Positions 18,900-28,377 are shown, counted from the stretch's first letter. The stretch is 51,863 bases of DNA from Thermoleophilia bacterium (GCA_040768135.1 JAXGNF010000008.1:1-51863); one strand, 5' to 3'. A program made the numbers and translations. The notes: a model not told the origin generated them from the sequence alone.

Positions 18900-20453
18900 T
18901 CAGTGGTTCACCCCTCCGGACACGGTCGGCCCGTGGCTCCCACCGGGTAGATCGGGAAGACCATCCCGATACAGCCACGCCTCAAAGAGACCGCGCAAGA
19001 CTTCCGATGACACATTCGCCGCCCGCGCCTTCTCGTGGGCGAGTGCCACGAAGTCTCCAGTGGTCACATTCCCGTAACGGTAGCGGCCTACCCATTCCCG
19101 CAGGATCTCGAAGAAGACGTCATCTCCTACCGTCAGCCGCAGGGCATGAAGTGTGAACGCACCCCGCCGGTAGACGCTCACGCCGAAGAGTTCGTCGATG
19201 CTCGGATCACCGGGCGGCTTATGAGCCTCCTTCCGCAACATCAAAAGGCTCTCCTCCACCATCGCGGCCAAGGTGGCAGGGCCGTGGTCGTGCTCCAACC
19301 AAAGCCAGGAGGCATACGTGGCAAATCCTTCGTTCAGCCAGATATCCTGCCAACCCGAGATGGTCACGCTGTTGCCGAACCACTGGTGGGCGAGCTCATG
19401 TGACAGGTAAACGGCCCCAACGAGCGGGTCCGACATCCGATGCTCGAGCACATCGCGACCGAAGAGCGACAGGGTCTGGTTCTCCATGGCCGCCCCGGTC
19501 TCAACAGACGGCACCACCACCCCGTACGCCTCAAACGGGTAAGGGCCGAACAATTCGCTGAAAAAGCTCAGCACCTCACCGGTGCGACAAAACGCCGCCT
19601 GTGCCGCCTCGACCAGTCCCTTGGCGAAGAAGTCCCTTATCGGCACTCCGTTCGGGGCGACACTCTCCACGATGACGTATTCGTCTACACTGACCGCAGC
19701 CAAATAGCCCGCCAGCGGTTGTCGCATCTCCCACACAAAGGTCCGGCCTGTCCCCAGTTCCTCTGTATCTACAAGCACCCCGTTAGCCGCCGCCACATAG
19801 GGCATCGGGACTGTGAGACGGAACGTGTAAACGGCTTTGTCTGAGGGATGATCGTTGACGGGAAACCAGGTGGCCGCCCCGAGAGGCTCATCCAACGTGT
19901 AGCTGACCCGTCCTTTTTGCTGCCAACCCATAGGGTACGGTTGCCGCTCCGTGAGCGTCCCCGGCCTGCCGGAGTACGCGACTTTGACAAGCAGAGTCTG
20001 TCCCGACGCCGATCGCTCCGCAGGGGTGATGATCAGCTTGTCCCTATCGCGCCGGAAACCGACGGTGGCTCCGTTCACCGTGACACTGGTTATCTCAGGA
20101 CCCGCGTAGTCGAGACTGAAGGAACCCAGCTCTTCCAATATCACCGCCTCAATGGTGGTGCTCCCCGAGATCGTCCCCGTACTGGGGTCGATGGCCATAG
20201 CGATCTCGTAGGAAACGACGTCGTAGCCACCGTTACCGGCCCGGGGATAGTAGGGATCACCGACACCTACCGCGCCCTGCAGGTGAGCGCTGACGCCTCG
20301 GCCGCCGTCACAACCACAGAGGGCCACCGCCAACAGGATCACCGCGACCGCCACCATCGCGGCGAACCCCAGCAGAAACCTGGTCACCAGCCTTCTGCGG
20401 GCGTCACCCGGGATAGATACCCGCCTACCTACCGAACAGATGCGCCGAGACAT
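18900..20453 (-). CDS. M1 family zinc aminopeptidase, probable lipoprotein
   Basis: GDPYYP..GNGGYDV, AAMEN (GAMEN variant), HELAHQWFGN...WLNEGFATY; signal peptide ending in ALCGC. Confidence 0.9.
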   Translation of the reverse strand: MSRRICSVGRRVSIPGDARRRLVTRFLLGFAAMVAVAVILLAVALCGCDGGRGVSAHLQGAVGVGDPYYPRAGNGGYDVVSYEIAMAIDPSTGTISGSTTIEAVILEELGSFSLDYAGPEITSVTVNGATVGFRRDRDKLIITPAERSASGQTLLVKVAYSGRPGTLTERQPYPMGWQQKGRVSYTLDEPLGAATWFPVNDHPSDKAVYTFRLTVPMPYVAAANGVLVDTEELGTGRTFVWEMRQPLAGYLAAVSVDEYVIVESVAPNGVPIRDFFAKGLVEAAQAAFCRTGEVLSFFSELFGPYPFEAYGVVVPSVETGAAMENQTLSLFGRDVLEHRMSDPLVGAVYLSHELAHQWFGNSVTISGWQDIWLNEGFATYASWLWLEHDHGPATLAAMVEESLLMLRKEAHKPPGDPSIDELFGVSVYRRGAFTLHALRLTVGDDVFFEILREWVGRYRYGNVTTGDFVALAHEKARAANVSSEVLRGLFEAWLYRDGLPDLPGGSHGPTVSGGVNH

Positions 20454-20474
20454 CGGTCGCCCTCCGTCACCCGT

Positions 20475-21776
20475 TCACTGAGCCCCATCGGCCGTTTCCG
20501 CAAAAGAGCCGCTTCCCCCCGGCGATGCCGCCCCATGACGACGATGATAGACGAGTCCCGCGAGTACCCCGGCTCCACACAAAGCAGCCAGGCAAAGGAC
20601 GGTCCCCCTCACGCTGGTCGCAAAATCCGACGACAAGTGCTCGGCCAGAAACCCGATGAGATAGCTCCCGATCGGAGTAGTCCCAATGAATAGGAGCACG
20701 TATATCCCCATCACCCGACCCCGCAGATGGTCAGGCACCCCCAGTTGGAGCCGAGTATTAGCCGTGGTCATGAAGAGGACTCCCAAAAAGCCCGAGATGA
20801 ACAGCAGGGCCAAAGTGAGCACCGTCCACCGCGAAAAAGCCACTGCCGCGAGAAGCACCACGAAGGCTCCCGCCGATCCCAGTAACAACTGAAGAGTCGG
20901 CCGGCTCCGATAAGCGACGAACAGACCTGCCACCACCGATCCAGCCGCCATGGTCGTAGTCAGCCAGGCCAATGTCGAGGCTCCGGCTCCGAGCAGATAC
21001 TTGGCCACCAGAGGCAACAGCGTCTGGAAATTGTAGCCGAAAGCTCCGATCATTCCCATCACGATGAAGATGACTACTACCTGCGGAGTGGACCGTACAT
21101 ACCGGAAGCCCTCGCGCAACTGACTCCACGAGCTACTCCGCGGGGCACGCGAGACCAGATGCAACTCACTCGTCCGGATGGCCGCCACCGCCCCGATCGC
21201 CACAGGGAAACAGGCGGCATTGATGAAGAAACAGGCGGCGATGCCCAGAGTGCTGATCACGGCGGCCCCGATGGCCGGCCCAACCAGACGGGCCCCGTTG
21301 AACAGCATGGAGTTGAGGGCTACAGCGTTCGGCAGGTGGCCGGTCCCCACCATCTCGGGGACGAACGCTTGGCGGGCGGGACCTTCCACCGATTCAACCA
21401 ACCCGCGGATACCGGCAAGCAGATAGATGAGGGCCACTGTGATAAGCCCCGTCGAGGTGAGGATCGCCAGTGTGAGGGCCACAGAGAGTTGGATGTGCTG
21501 CGCGATCAAGATAGTCCGTCGTTTCGGCCACGCGTCGGCGATGACGCCGCCGTACAGCGAGAAGACCAGGGCGGGGAGGAATCGGATTGCCATAGTGAGA
21601 CCCAGCGCTGCTGGCGAATCGGTCAGGCTGAGTACCAGCCAGCTGAGCGCGATGTCTTGCATCCAAACCCCGGCCAGGGACACCAACTGACCCGACCAGA
21701 ACAGGCGGTAGTTGCGGATGCCGAGCGAACGGAACGCGTGCCCAGCCGCCTCAAGAGAAGAGCGTAGAAATCTCAT
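20475..21776 (-). CDS. MFS transporter (EntS/MFS_3-like)
   Basis: RNYRLFWSGQLVSL.G.WMQ, PARQAFV, NAVALNS, RGRVMG. Confidence 0.88.
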   Translation of the reverse strand: MRFLRSSLEAAGHAFRSLGIRNYRLFWSGQLVSLAGVWMQDIALSWLVLSLTDSPAALGLTMAIRFLPALVFSLYGGVIADAWPKRRTILIAQHIQLSVALTLAILTSTGLITVALIYLLAGIRGLVESVEGPARQAFVPEMVGTGHLPNAVALNSMLFNGARLVGPAIGAAVISTLGIAACFFINAACFPVAIGAVAAIRTSELHLVSRAPRSSSWSQLREGFRYVRSTPQVVVIFIVMGMIGAFGYNFQTLLPLVAKYLLGAGASTLAWLTTTMAAGSVVAGLFVAYRSRPTLQLLLGSAGAFVVLLAAVAFSRWTVLTLALLFISGFLGVLFMTTANTRLQLGVPDHLRGRVMGIYVLLFIGTTPIGSYLIGFLAEHLSSDFATSVRGTVLCLAALCGAGVLAGLVYHRRHGAASPGGSGSFAETADGAQ

Positions 21777-21778
21777 CT

Positions 21779-23452
21779 CTACCTGTTCGACCCGGTGGCG
21801 GGGGGACGACCGAGGCGTGACACCTCGTCCTGGCTGAAGCTGGGCCACTCCGTCGGAACCCCGTCGCGGAAGGCTTCCACCCCATCGCCTTTCTCTAGAA
21901 CCTCACCGATATCGGACACCTCGACCCCGGCAGCCTCAAGCGTCCGCTTCAGGGAACCGGCCTCTGCAGGCCGACAAACGATGAGCAGGCTGCCCGAGCC
22001 GATCAACCCTAAAGGATCAAGGCCCAAATCTTCAGAGATGCGCTCGGTATAGGGGTAAATAGGGATCTTGTCCAAGTGGAGGCGCAGCCGGCGGCCGCCG
22101 GCTGCGCCCAATTCCCTCACGGCGGTCGCGAGCCCGCCCTCAGTGACGTCGTGCAGGGCGGCGACCCCCGCAAAAGAAGCGGCCACGCGTGCTTCGTCTA
22201 CAATGCTGATCTTGTCCAAAAAGGTAGCGGCCTCAGCGATTTCCGTTTCTGTCCATCCTGCTTCGCGCAGGCGAGTGCCGTGTTCTCGAGCTATGAGCCC
22301 CGTACCCTCTACCGCGACCCTCTTGGTCAAGAGGATCCGGTCACTCTCCCGCATCGTCCGCTTATCTAGAAGGGCGGAGGAGCGGGTCGTGCCCGCCATC
22401 GTCCCCACCACTAGAGGCCGCGACACTGCATCAGTGATCTCTGTGTGCCCTCCACAAAGCGTGACCCCACAGTCCAAGCAGACCGCCTGGATATCGCACA
22501 CCATGGCCAACACCTCCCCGGCGGTCGAGCCGGGGGGAAACAGCATGGTGCTTAGCAGCCAGCGGGGAGCGGCTCCGCTCGTCGCTACGTCGTTGGCGTT
22601 CACAATCACCGCGTAACGGGCCATATCATCCGCCGCCAAGGTGATTGGATCAGACGCCAGCACCAGCACCTCATCTGCCGCGATGTCGATAACAGCCGCA
22701 TCCTCCCCGATCCCGGCACCCACGAGGAGGGCCGAGTCTGTTGGGGCGATTCCCGCAAGAGCCTGCTCCAACAGATCCATGGGCAGTTTGCCCGGGGGTA
22801 ACGGCAGTCCCCATCGAATCACCGTGAGGGCCTCGGCAAGCGTTCCCACTACGAAGTCCGCCCCCCTGTCGGGCTGAGACTCGGCCGGATCGTTCCACAG
22901 GAACATCGTCGGCGCTCCGGCTCGTTTCCCCGCCTCCACATCGAAGGCATGGTCCCCGATCATCAACAACCGGGTCACGTCTACGCCCAACCCGTCGGCC
23001 ACGAACCTAACCCCATCAGGCAACGGCTTGGGACCGAGAGGAAGATCTCGGGTAACCACGATCGCAAAGTCGGCCGGATTCATTCCAGGAAGGTTGGCGA
23101 AGGCCCTGTCCACCGCCGCCCGGCTGTTGCGAGTGATGATCGCCATCGGGATCCCCTGTCCACGTAGGAAAGCCACCAACTCAGCAGCTCCCTCGTTGGG
23201 CCTGCAAAGTGTGGCTGCCTCCATCTCGGCCGCATGGAGGATCTCCTCCTTGGGCCGCCTGGCCGATGGATCGTCGATCGAGGCCAGATGCTCGAGCAGG
23301 CCGATATGATGCGGGCAACCTACCGCCGCTCGAATCGCGGCGAAATCAAGCGCTCCCGGTTGCGTAAGCGTTCCATCGAAGTCGAAGACGATGGCTTCGA
23401 ACCGGGGTGGACGGCCGTCTCGTAGGTAAGGACCGATCGCCCCCTTTTTCAC
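21779..23452 (-). CDS. Fusion: HAD-IA hydrolase + AIR synthase (PurM/HypE/ThiL-superfamily) domain protein
   Basis: N-terminal FDFDGTL, TRN, KP.P, GDHAFD. C-terminal GKLP, GEDAAV, DPIT, NAND, GGHTE, HDVTEGG. Start uncertain (GTG 23452 or ATG 23575). Confidence 0.85.
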   Translation of the reverse strand: MKKGAIGPYLRDGRPPRFEAIVFDFDGTLTQPGALDFAAIRAAVGCPHHIGLLEHLASIDDPSARRPKEEILHAAEMEAATLCRPNEGAAELVAFLRGQGIPMAIITRNSRAAVDRAFANLPGMNPADFAIVVTRDLPLGPKPLPDGVRFVADGLGVDVTRLLMIGDHAFDVEAGKRAGAPTMFLWNDPAESQPDRGADFVVGTLAEALTVIRWGLPLPPGKLPMDLLEQALAGIAPTDSALLVGAGIGEDAAVIDIAADEVLVLASDPITLAADDMARYAVIVNANDVATSGAAPRWLLSTMLFPPGSTAGEVLAMVCDIQAVCLDCGVTLCGGHTEITDAVSRPLVVGTMAGTTRSSALLDKRTMRESDRILLTKRVAVEGTGLIAREHGTRLREAGWTETEIAEAATFLDKISIVDEARVAASFAGVAALHDVTEGGLATAVRELGAAGGRRLRLHLDKIPIYPYTERISEDLGLDPLGLIGSGSLLIVCRPAEAGSLKRTLEAAGVEVSDIGEVLEKGDGVEAFRDGVPTEWPSFSQDEVSRLGRPPATGSNR

Positions 23453-23596
23453 ATCCCCATCTCTCAAAGTCGGCCGGCCTCCTTCCTCAAAGCCCGTCGC
23501 CCCCACCGCGGGTCGCCCCCCTCGGCCTGCCACGCTCTCTCCCGTCCACCCTGCCCAAGTACGCCTCACCGCCATGCGGTTCCCCGCAAAGTCACC

Positions 23597-24481
23597 TTAC
23601 GTCAGATAGTAGAGCAGCGCCGGGATCACGCCCACCGCCATGATCGTCGTGGTGAGCACGATCGACGATACCAACTCGGCCTGGTTATCGTACTTACTGC
23701 AAAGGACCGCCGTCGCCACGGCGCTCGGCATCGCCGCCTGAAAAAGCACTACGGCCCTCGGCACCCCCGTCATGCCCAACAGCCATACGGCAAGCAGCCC
23801 TAGAGCAAACCCCCCGCCCACCCGGATCACGCTGGCCACAAGAGTCACGGGGATCTGAGTGAAACGATAACGGCCGATATTCATACCCAACACAAGCAGC
23901 ATCAACGGAACCGAGGCCTGGCCCACGAACTCAAGCGAATTGGCGGCCACCCTGGGTAGGGATACTCCTGTGAGATTGAGAATCAGGCCGATCACCGCCG
24001 CGTAGATGAGCGGAGTGTGTAGCACGGCTTTGATCCCCTGCCTGAGCTGTCTGTGGCCCGAGGCAATGTAGATGCCGACGGAATAAATGAGGAGGCCGTT
24101 TGGGATATAGAAAAGCACGGCGTTCGCCACTCCCTCGTCCCCGAAAGCAAGGTAGAGGATAGGAAAAGGGATGTTGATCGTGTTCATGAACGAAATGGGC
24201 AAATAGAGCGCGGAGTTCCCCTTCCGCCGGAGGCCGAACACCGGCCAGGCGATTGCGAAGCTGCCCACCATGACGATGAGGCTCGAAGCCCAGATGTTAA
24301 GAGCGTTGCCGACCACGATCTTGCTCTCGTAGAGCGAATAAAAGACCAAACAGGGAGTCGCGATGAAGATGGCTACGTCGATCAGGGTGGCCACGCTCGC
24401 ATCTCGGCTCACTCGGCCGTAGAGGTACCCAAGAGCGATCGCGAACACCGTCGGACCGATGATGTTGATGATCTGTTCCAC
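23597..24481 (-). CDS. AEC (auxin efflux carrier) family transporter
   Basis: About 10 TM; FMNTINIPFP, PLIYA, PLMLLVLG, AMPSAV; GTG 8 nt after TATACT. Confidence 0.88.
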   Translation of the reverse strand: MEQIINIIGPTVFAIALGYLYGRVSRDASVATLIDVAIFIATPCLVFYSLYESKIVVGNALNIWASSLIVMVGSFAIAWPVFGLRRKGNSALYLPISFMNTINIPFPILYLAFGDEGVANAVLFYIPNGLLIYSVGIYIASGHRQLRQGIKAVLHTPLIYAAVIGLILNLTGVSLPRVAANSLEFVGQASVPLMLLVLGMNIGRYRFTQIPVTLVASVIRVGGGFALGLLAVWLLGMTGVPRAVVLFQAAMPSAVATAVLCSKYDNQAELVSSIVLTTTIMAVGVIPALLYYLT

Positions 24482-24591
24482 GGCGCGGAAGTATACCGAG
24501 GGCCTTATACGCGGGTCGGCTCTCGCCGCCCGACCGCACCACACGCCGCTCACGTCGTGCGCGAGCAGCCCTCAGATGGTATAAGTGCTCA

Positions 24592-25353
24592 ATGGACGAA
24601 GCGACTTTCTACCGCTGGCTGGTAATAGCCTGGATGATTCTCGCAGCCGCCACCTTCGTGGCGCTTTTCTTTGTGACGGCTCCCTATGGTCGTTTCACCC
24701 GCAGCGGATGGGGACCACGCATCAATGCCCGTTGGGGATGGATACTGATGGAAATCCCGGTGCTCTTCACTTTCCTGGTCATCTACGGAACAAGCGATCG
24801 TAAGTCGAGCCCGGTCAGCCTCGTGCTCCTGGTGTTCTGGGTGGCCCACTATCTCCACCGCTCGTTGATCTATCCCTTCCGCCTGCACGGCAGCCGCCCC
24901 AGCATCACCGTGTCGATCGTCGCCATGGGAGCGGTGTTCAACGTAGGCAACGGCTACCTGAACGGCCGTTACCTCTTCACCCTGGGGCCCCCGCTCGAAG
25001 CCACTTGGCTCTACGACCCCCGTTTCGTGGTGGGAGCACTGCTTTTCTGGTGCGGGTACGCCCTCAACCAGCACTCCGACCGGATCCTCATAGAGTTGCG
25101 GGAGCCTGGCGAGAACGGCTATAAGATCCCGCACGGCGGGGGATATCGGTTCATCAGTTGCCCCAACTATTTGGGAGAGATGATGGAATGGGGAGGCTGG
25201 GCACTTTGTTGTTGGAACCTCGGCGCGCTGGCCTTTTTCGCTTGGACTGTGGCCAACCTGGCTCCACGGGCCATCAAGACCCATCGTTGGTACCAAGAGC
25301 GGTTTCCCGATTATCCGGCCGACCGAAAGGCCCTTCTGCCCTTCATCGTGTAG
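24592..25353 (+). CDS. 3-oxo-5-alpha-steroid 4-dehydrogenase (SRD5A-like steroid 5-alpha-reductase family)
   Basis: APYGR, GWILME.P, HY.HRS.IYPF, NGYLN, HSD.IL..LR, YKIP.GG, SCPNY.GE..EW, NL.PRA...H.WY. Confidence 0.9.
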   Translation: MDEATFYRWLVIAWMILAAATFVALFFVTAPYGRFTRSGWGPRINARWGWILMEIPVLFTFLVIYGTSDRKSSPVSLVLLVFWVAHYLHRSLIYPFRLHGSRPSITVSIVAMGAVFNVGNGYLNGRYLFTLGPPLEATWLYDPRFVVGALLFWCGYALNQHSDRILIELREPGENGYKIPHGGGYRFISCPNYLGEMMEWGGWALCCWNLGALAFFAWTVANLAPRAIKTHRWYQERFPDYPADRKALLPFIV

Positions 25354-25455
25354 ACCGAAGACACTTCTTCGCCTGATGGCCCACCAGACCGCCGCGCGAT
25401 AGAATGGCCGGGCGGGGCAGTCTTTTGCCATCGAACACGAACAGCGGGAGACGTC

Positions 25456-26217
25456 GTGATAACAGGCATGGGCCAAACCAGAACGAGGGCACCCGTCGCC
25501 CGGAGTGTCTTCTGGGTCATGCTCTCGGTCGTGGCTTGGGAATTCTTCCAGTTCATCCGGTCCGGAACTCCGGCACCAGAAGGCTCTTGGGCCCTACCGC
25601 TTGTCGATCTGCTGTTTCTCGTGCTATTGCCGGCCCTTGCGGCTTTTGCCCTCACCCGGCTGTTCCTGGTTCTCAACCAATCAACGCGGGGCACTCTCAA
25701 CATCTATTCGATCATTTCCAGCCCGCTTGCCTGGTTGTTCTGGATCGGTCTCGGCATCGGCATGATCGGGCACGGTCTCCATGTGGCCGGTCACGCCCTG
25801 CGACAAAGCATGCCCGAAACGTTCGCGCAGGGTGAGTTTGCCGCTAAGATCGCCTTTCTCGACAGCACCTCTGGGTATCTGCTTGTAGGCATCGGCTTCT
25901 TTCTCACCACTCTCGTGATCCTCCTGATCGGGCAGGGCGCGGGCCAGCAGATAGTTGGCCCCGTACGGCTGCTTTTCGTGCTGGGCTCACTCGCCACTTA
26001 TGGCACGATCGTCATCTACCTGGGTGTGGGAGGCGGACAGATCATCCTAGCTATTGTCGTGAGCGCAGTACTGAGCGCCGTCGGTTTTTGGACCCTTCAC
26101 CCCTCCGAGATCACCCGAGATCCGGTGGGGGCCTTCGTCGTTCCCGGGACGTTCCTCGCCGGAGTGACCCTCATCGTCTGGACAGTCATCGTGGGAGGGC
26201 GACCTACCTGGCCGTGA
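25456..26217 (+). CDS. Polytopic membrane protein, possibly CLN6-like
   Basis: About 7 TM helices; GHGLHVAG and FLD..SG motifs; see findings. Start may be ATG 25468. Confidence 0.7.
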   Translation: MITGMGQTRTRAPVARSVFWVMLSVVAWEFFQFIRSGTPAPEGSWALPLVDLLFLVLLPALAAFALTRLFLVLNQSTRGTLNIYSIISSPLAWLFWIGLGIGMIGHGLHVAGHALRQSMPETFAQGEFAAKIAFLDSTSGYLLVGIGFFLTTLVILLIGQGAGQQIVGPVRLLFVLGSLATYGTIVIYLGVGGGQIILAIVVSAVLSAVGFWTLHPSEITRDPVGAFVVPGTFLAGVTLIVWTVIVGGRPTWP

Positions 26218-26348
26218 AGCTCCGCCCGTTCTATGGGGTCGACCTCAGCGGGCCGGACGCCGAGCCGCGCCGCCCGGCGTCCCTAATTCATGTCGAACCG
26301 GATGGTTGGGCTATAATCGCGCTTTGCTCGAAGCCTAAAACACCCTGC

Positions 26349-26442
26349 GGAGTGGTGTCCGAGATGGCTTAAGGAGCACGACTGGAAATCGTGTAGGCGG
26401 GGGCAACCCGTCTCGAGGGTTCGAATCCCTCCCACTCCGCCA
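26349..26442 (+). tRNA. tRNA-Ser (anticodon GGA)
   Basis: Acceptor GGAGTGG/CCACTCC + GCCA; anticodon arm CACGA-CTGGAAA-TCGTG; long variable arm; GGTTCGAATCC T-arm; TATAAT at 26312-26317. Confidence 0.97.
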
Positions 26443-26463
26443 TCTTTCCGGGAGGAGACCGCT

Positions 26464-27066
26464 TTGGCCACGCGTATGTCGAAGGCAGGGGCAGTAGCTG
26501 GCTGCCTACTAGTGCTGGTCGTTGCTCTTACCACTGCAGTCGGATGTTCCTCAGACGCAACCACGACCACAGCAGCAACGGATTCGGTTCAGACGTCGAC
26601 TACTGATGGCTCTTCTCCGCCGACCACCGGCTCCCTCATGACGGAATGGGACAAGCTGCTGCGTAACAACGCCAAGATCCAGCATCAGTTTGCCATCTAC
26701 CTGAGCGAGATCGACGCTGCCAACGATGATCCTCTGTTGGGCCTCTACTACGGCATACAGGCCCGCACTAACGCTTTGACCTGCCGAAAGGCACTTGCCG
26801 AAGAGGCGCTCGAGACGGCCGACGCCGCCATGCTGGAGGTCTACTACGCCCTCAATCGAGGCCGCAGTCTGGCCCAGGGCTCTGTAGCCGACATGCTGAG
26901 CGACGCGTATGCCGTCGTCGAGACACTGGGCGCACCCTCGAACGACCCCCAGAACGCAGCCGCCATCCTCGAACGCTTCCTCGAGACATCTGAGCCCATC
27001 GTCGACCAAGTTACGGCGACTATATCGTCCGCGGCCACCACGACGCCCCCTTCGGCCGGTCCATAG
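26464..27066 (+). CDS. Hypothetical lipoprotein with Thr-rich linkers
   Basis: GGAGGAG RBS; signal peptide with AVGC lipobox; helical domain. Confidence 0.7.
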   Translation: MATRMSKAGAVAGCLLVLVVALTTAVGCSSDATTTTAATDSVQTSTTDGSSPPTTGSLMTEWDKLLRNNAKIQHQFAIYLSEIDAANDDPLLGLYYGIQARTNALTCRKALAEEALETADAAMLEVYYALNRGRSLAQGSVADMLSDAYAVVETLGAPSNDPQNAAAILERFLETSEPIVDQVTATISSAATTTPPSAGP

Positions 27067-27131
27067 CCCCCGACTCCGGCAGCACCCCTTCTTCGACTCC
27101 GCCATCGGGCCCCTGCTGTATACTTCGCTGC

Positions 27132-27400
27132 GACCGTGCTAGGTGGGGAGCCAGCGGTGCCCTGTAACCCGCAAACCGCTTCAGCGGGGCTGAACTCCCA
27201 CCCGAGGAGCGGGCCTGTGAGGTCTGACGCCGGTGTGTGGTGTTGACGGCCAGGTCCTGCGCAATGGAAATCCGTGAACCGGGTCAGGACCGGGAGGTAG
27301 CAGCCCTAAGCGGACTCTTTCATGTGCCGCGGGGTAGCTTGGCCTGAGCCGGCTACCGGCGGGCGCTTGGAGGTCCGTCTTCGGAGGTGGGTGCACGGTC
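27132..27400 (+). ncRNA. ffs: Signal recognition particle RNA, large (Alu-domain-containing) bacterial type
   Basis: 5' GACCGTGC pairs with 3' GCACGGTC. Alu-like GGGGAG..AGCGGTGCCCTGTAACCCGCAAACCGCT; helix 8 TCAGGACC-GGGA-GGTAGCAGC. TATACT -10 at 27119 and a T-tract after the 3' end. Confidence 0.93.
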
Positions 27401-27480
27401 TTTGTCTTTTTGATGTCTGTGCGACAAACGAGTCCGGTTCTTACCGCCGGCGGGATACCGGCAGCGCAAGAAAGGAGCAT

Positions 27481-28377
27481 GTGGTAGCGACGACGACCTT
27501 TCTGGCGGCCACTGACTTCTCGGAAGGCGCCTGTGATGCAGTCCGGCGCGCCGCGCTCCTTGCCGCCGAGCAATCGAGCCGGCTCGAGTTGCTGCACGTG
27601 GTCAGTGGGCCGTTCTTGAGAACTTTGGGCGGATTGCTGGGCATGCCGGCGGACATCGAAGACCGTCTCACCGACGAAGCCCGGATTTCCCTGAGAGAAC
27701 TGGCTGCCAATACCGCCTGTGAGGCGGCAGTGGAGGTATCTCATCAAGTCAGAACCGGCAATCCCGTTGAGGAGATCCTGGAGGCCTCCGCAGAAGCCGA
27801 CGTGCTCGTGCTTGGAGCCCACGGATCCAGTGCGCTCAGCGATCACATCTTGGGGACGACCGCGGAACGGTTAGTGCGTAGGTCGACGCGCCCGGTGCTC
27901 GTGACGAACAGGCCGCCCCGGGGGCCTTATGCCCACGCACTCGTGCCGGTGGCGCTCGGTCCGGGATCGGCCGCCGTACTGCAGTTCGCGGTGATGATCG
28001 CCCCAGACGCCGACATAACGGTCTTCCATGCCGCTTCGGTCCCCTATGAAGCGAGGCTGCAGTTTGCAGGTCTCGCAGGCGACGAAATCGAACGATTCAG
28101 GGCCGAGACCAGGCGGAAAGCGCTTTTGGAGATCGATGACCTGATCGAACGCACCGGCGAGACGACCCGGCTTTTTCGCAGATCGGTCGAATACGGCGCG
28201 GCCGTCCGGCTCATACTGCAGAAAGCCGAAGAGCTCGAGGTCGATGTGATCGTCATGGGCAGGCAGGGCGAATCGACCTTCGAAAAGATGCTACTCGGCA
28301 GCGTCACCCGTCACATACTGTCAGGAGCCGCCTGCGACGTCCTTGTGGTAGGGGGACAAGCGTTGGACGACGAGTAA
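27481..28377 (+). CDS. Universal stress protein, tandem two-domain
   Basis: LAATDFS, LVLGAHG...LGTTAERLVR....PVLV and a second IVMG.QG...LLGSV..H......DVLVV; AAGGAG RBS. Confidence 0.92.
   Translation: MVATTTFLAATDFSEGACDAVRRAALLAAEQSSRLELLHVVSGPFLRTLGGLLGMPADIEDRLTDEARISLRELAANTACEAAVEVSHQVRTGNPVEEILEASAEADVLVLGAHGSSALSDHILGTTAERLVRRSTRPVLVTNRPPRGPYAHALVPVALGPGSAAVLQFAVMIAPDADITVFHAASVPYEARLQFAGLAGDEIERFRAETRRKALLEIDDLIERTGETTRLFRRSVEYGAAVRLILQKAEELEVDVIVMGRQGESTFEKMLLGSVTRHILSGAACDVLVVGGQALDDE

Noticed and set aside
21779-22810. C-terminal domain as SelD or true hydrogenase maturase HypE
   Set aside because: No N-terminal Cys/Sec-x-x-Lys of SelD, no C-terminal PRIC of HypE, and no hyp genes adjacent.
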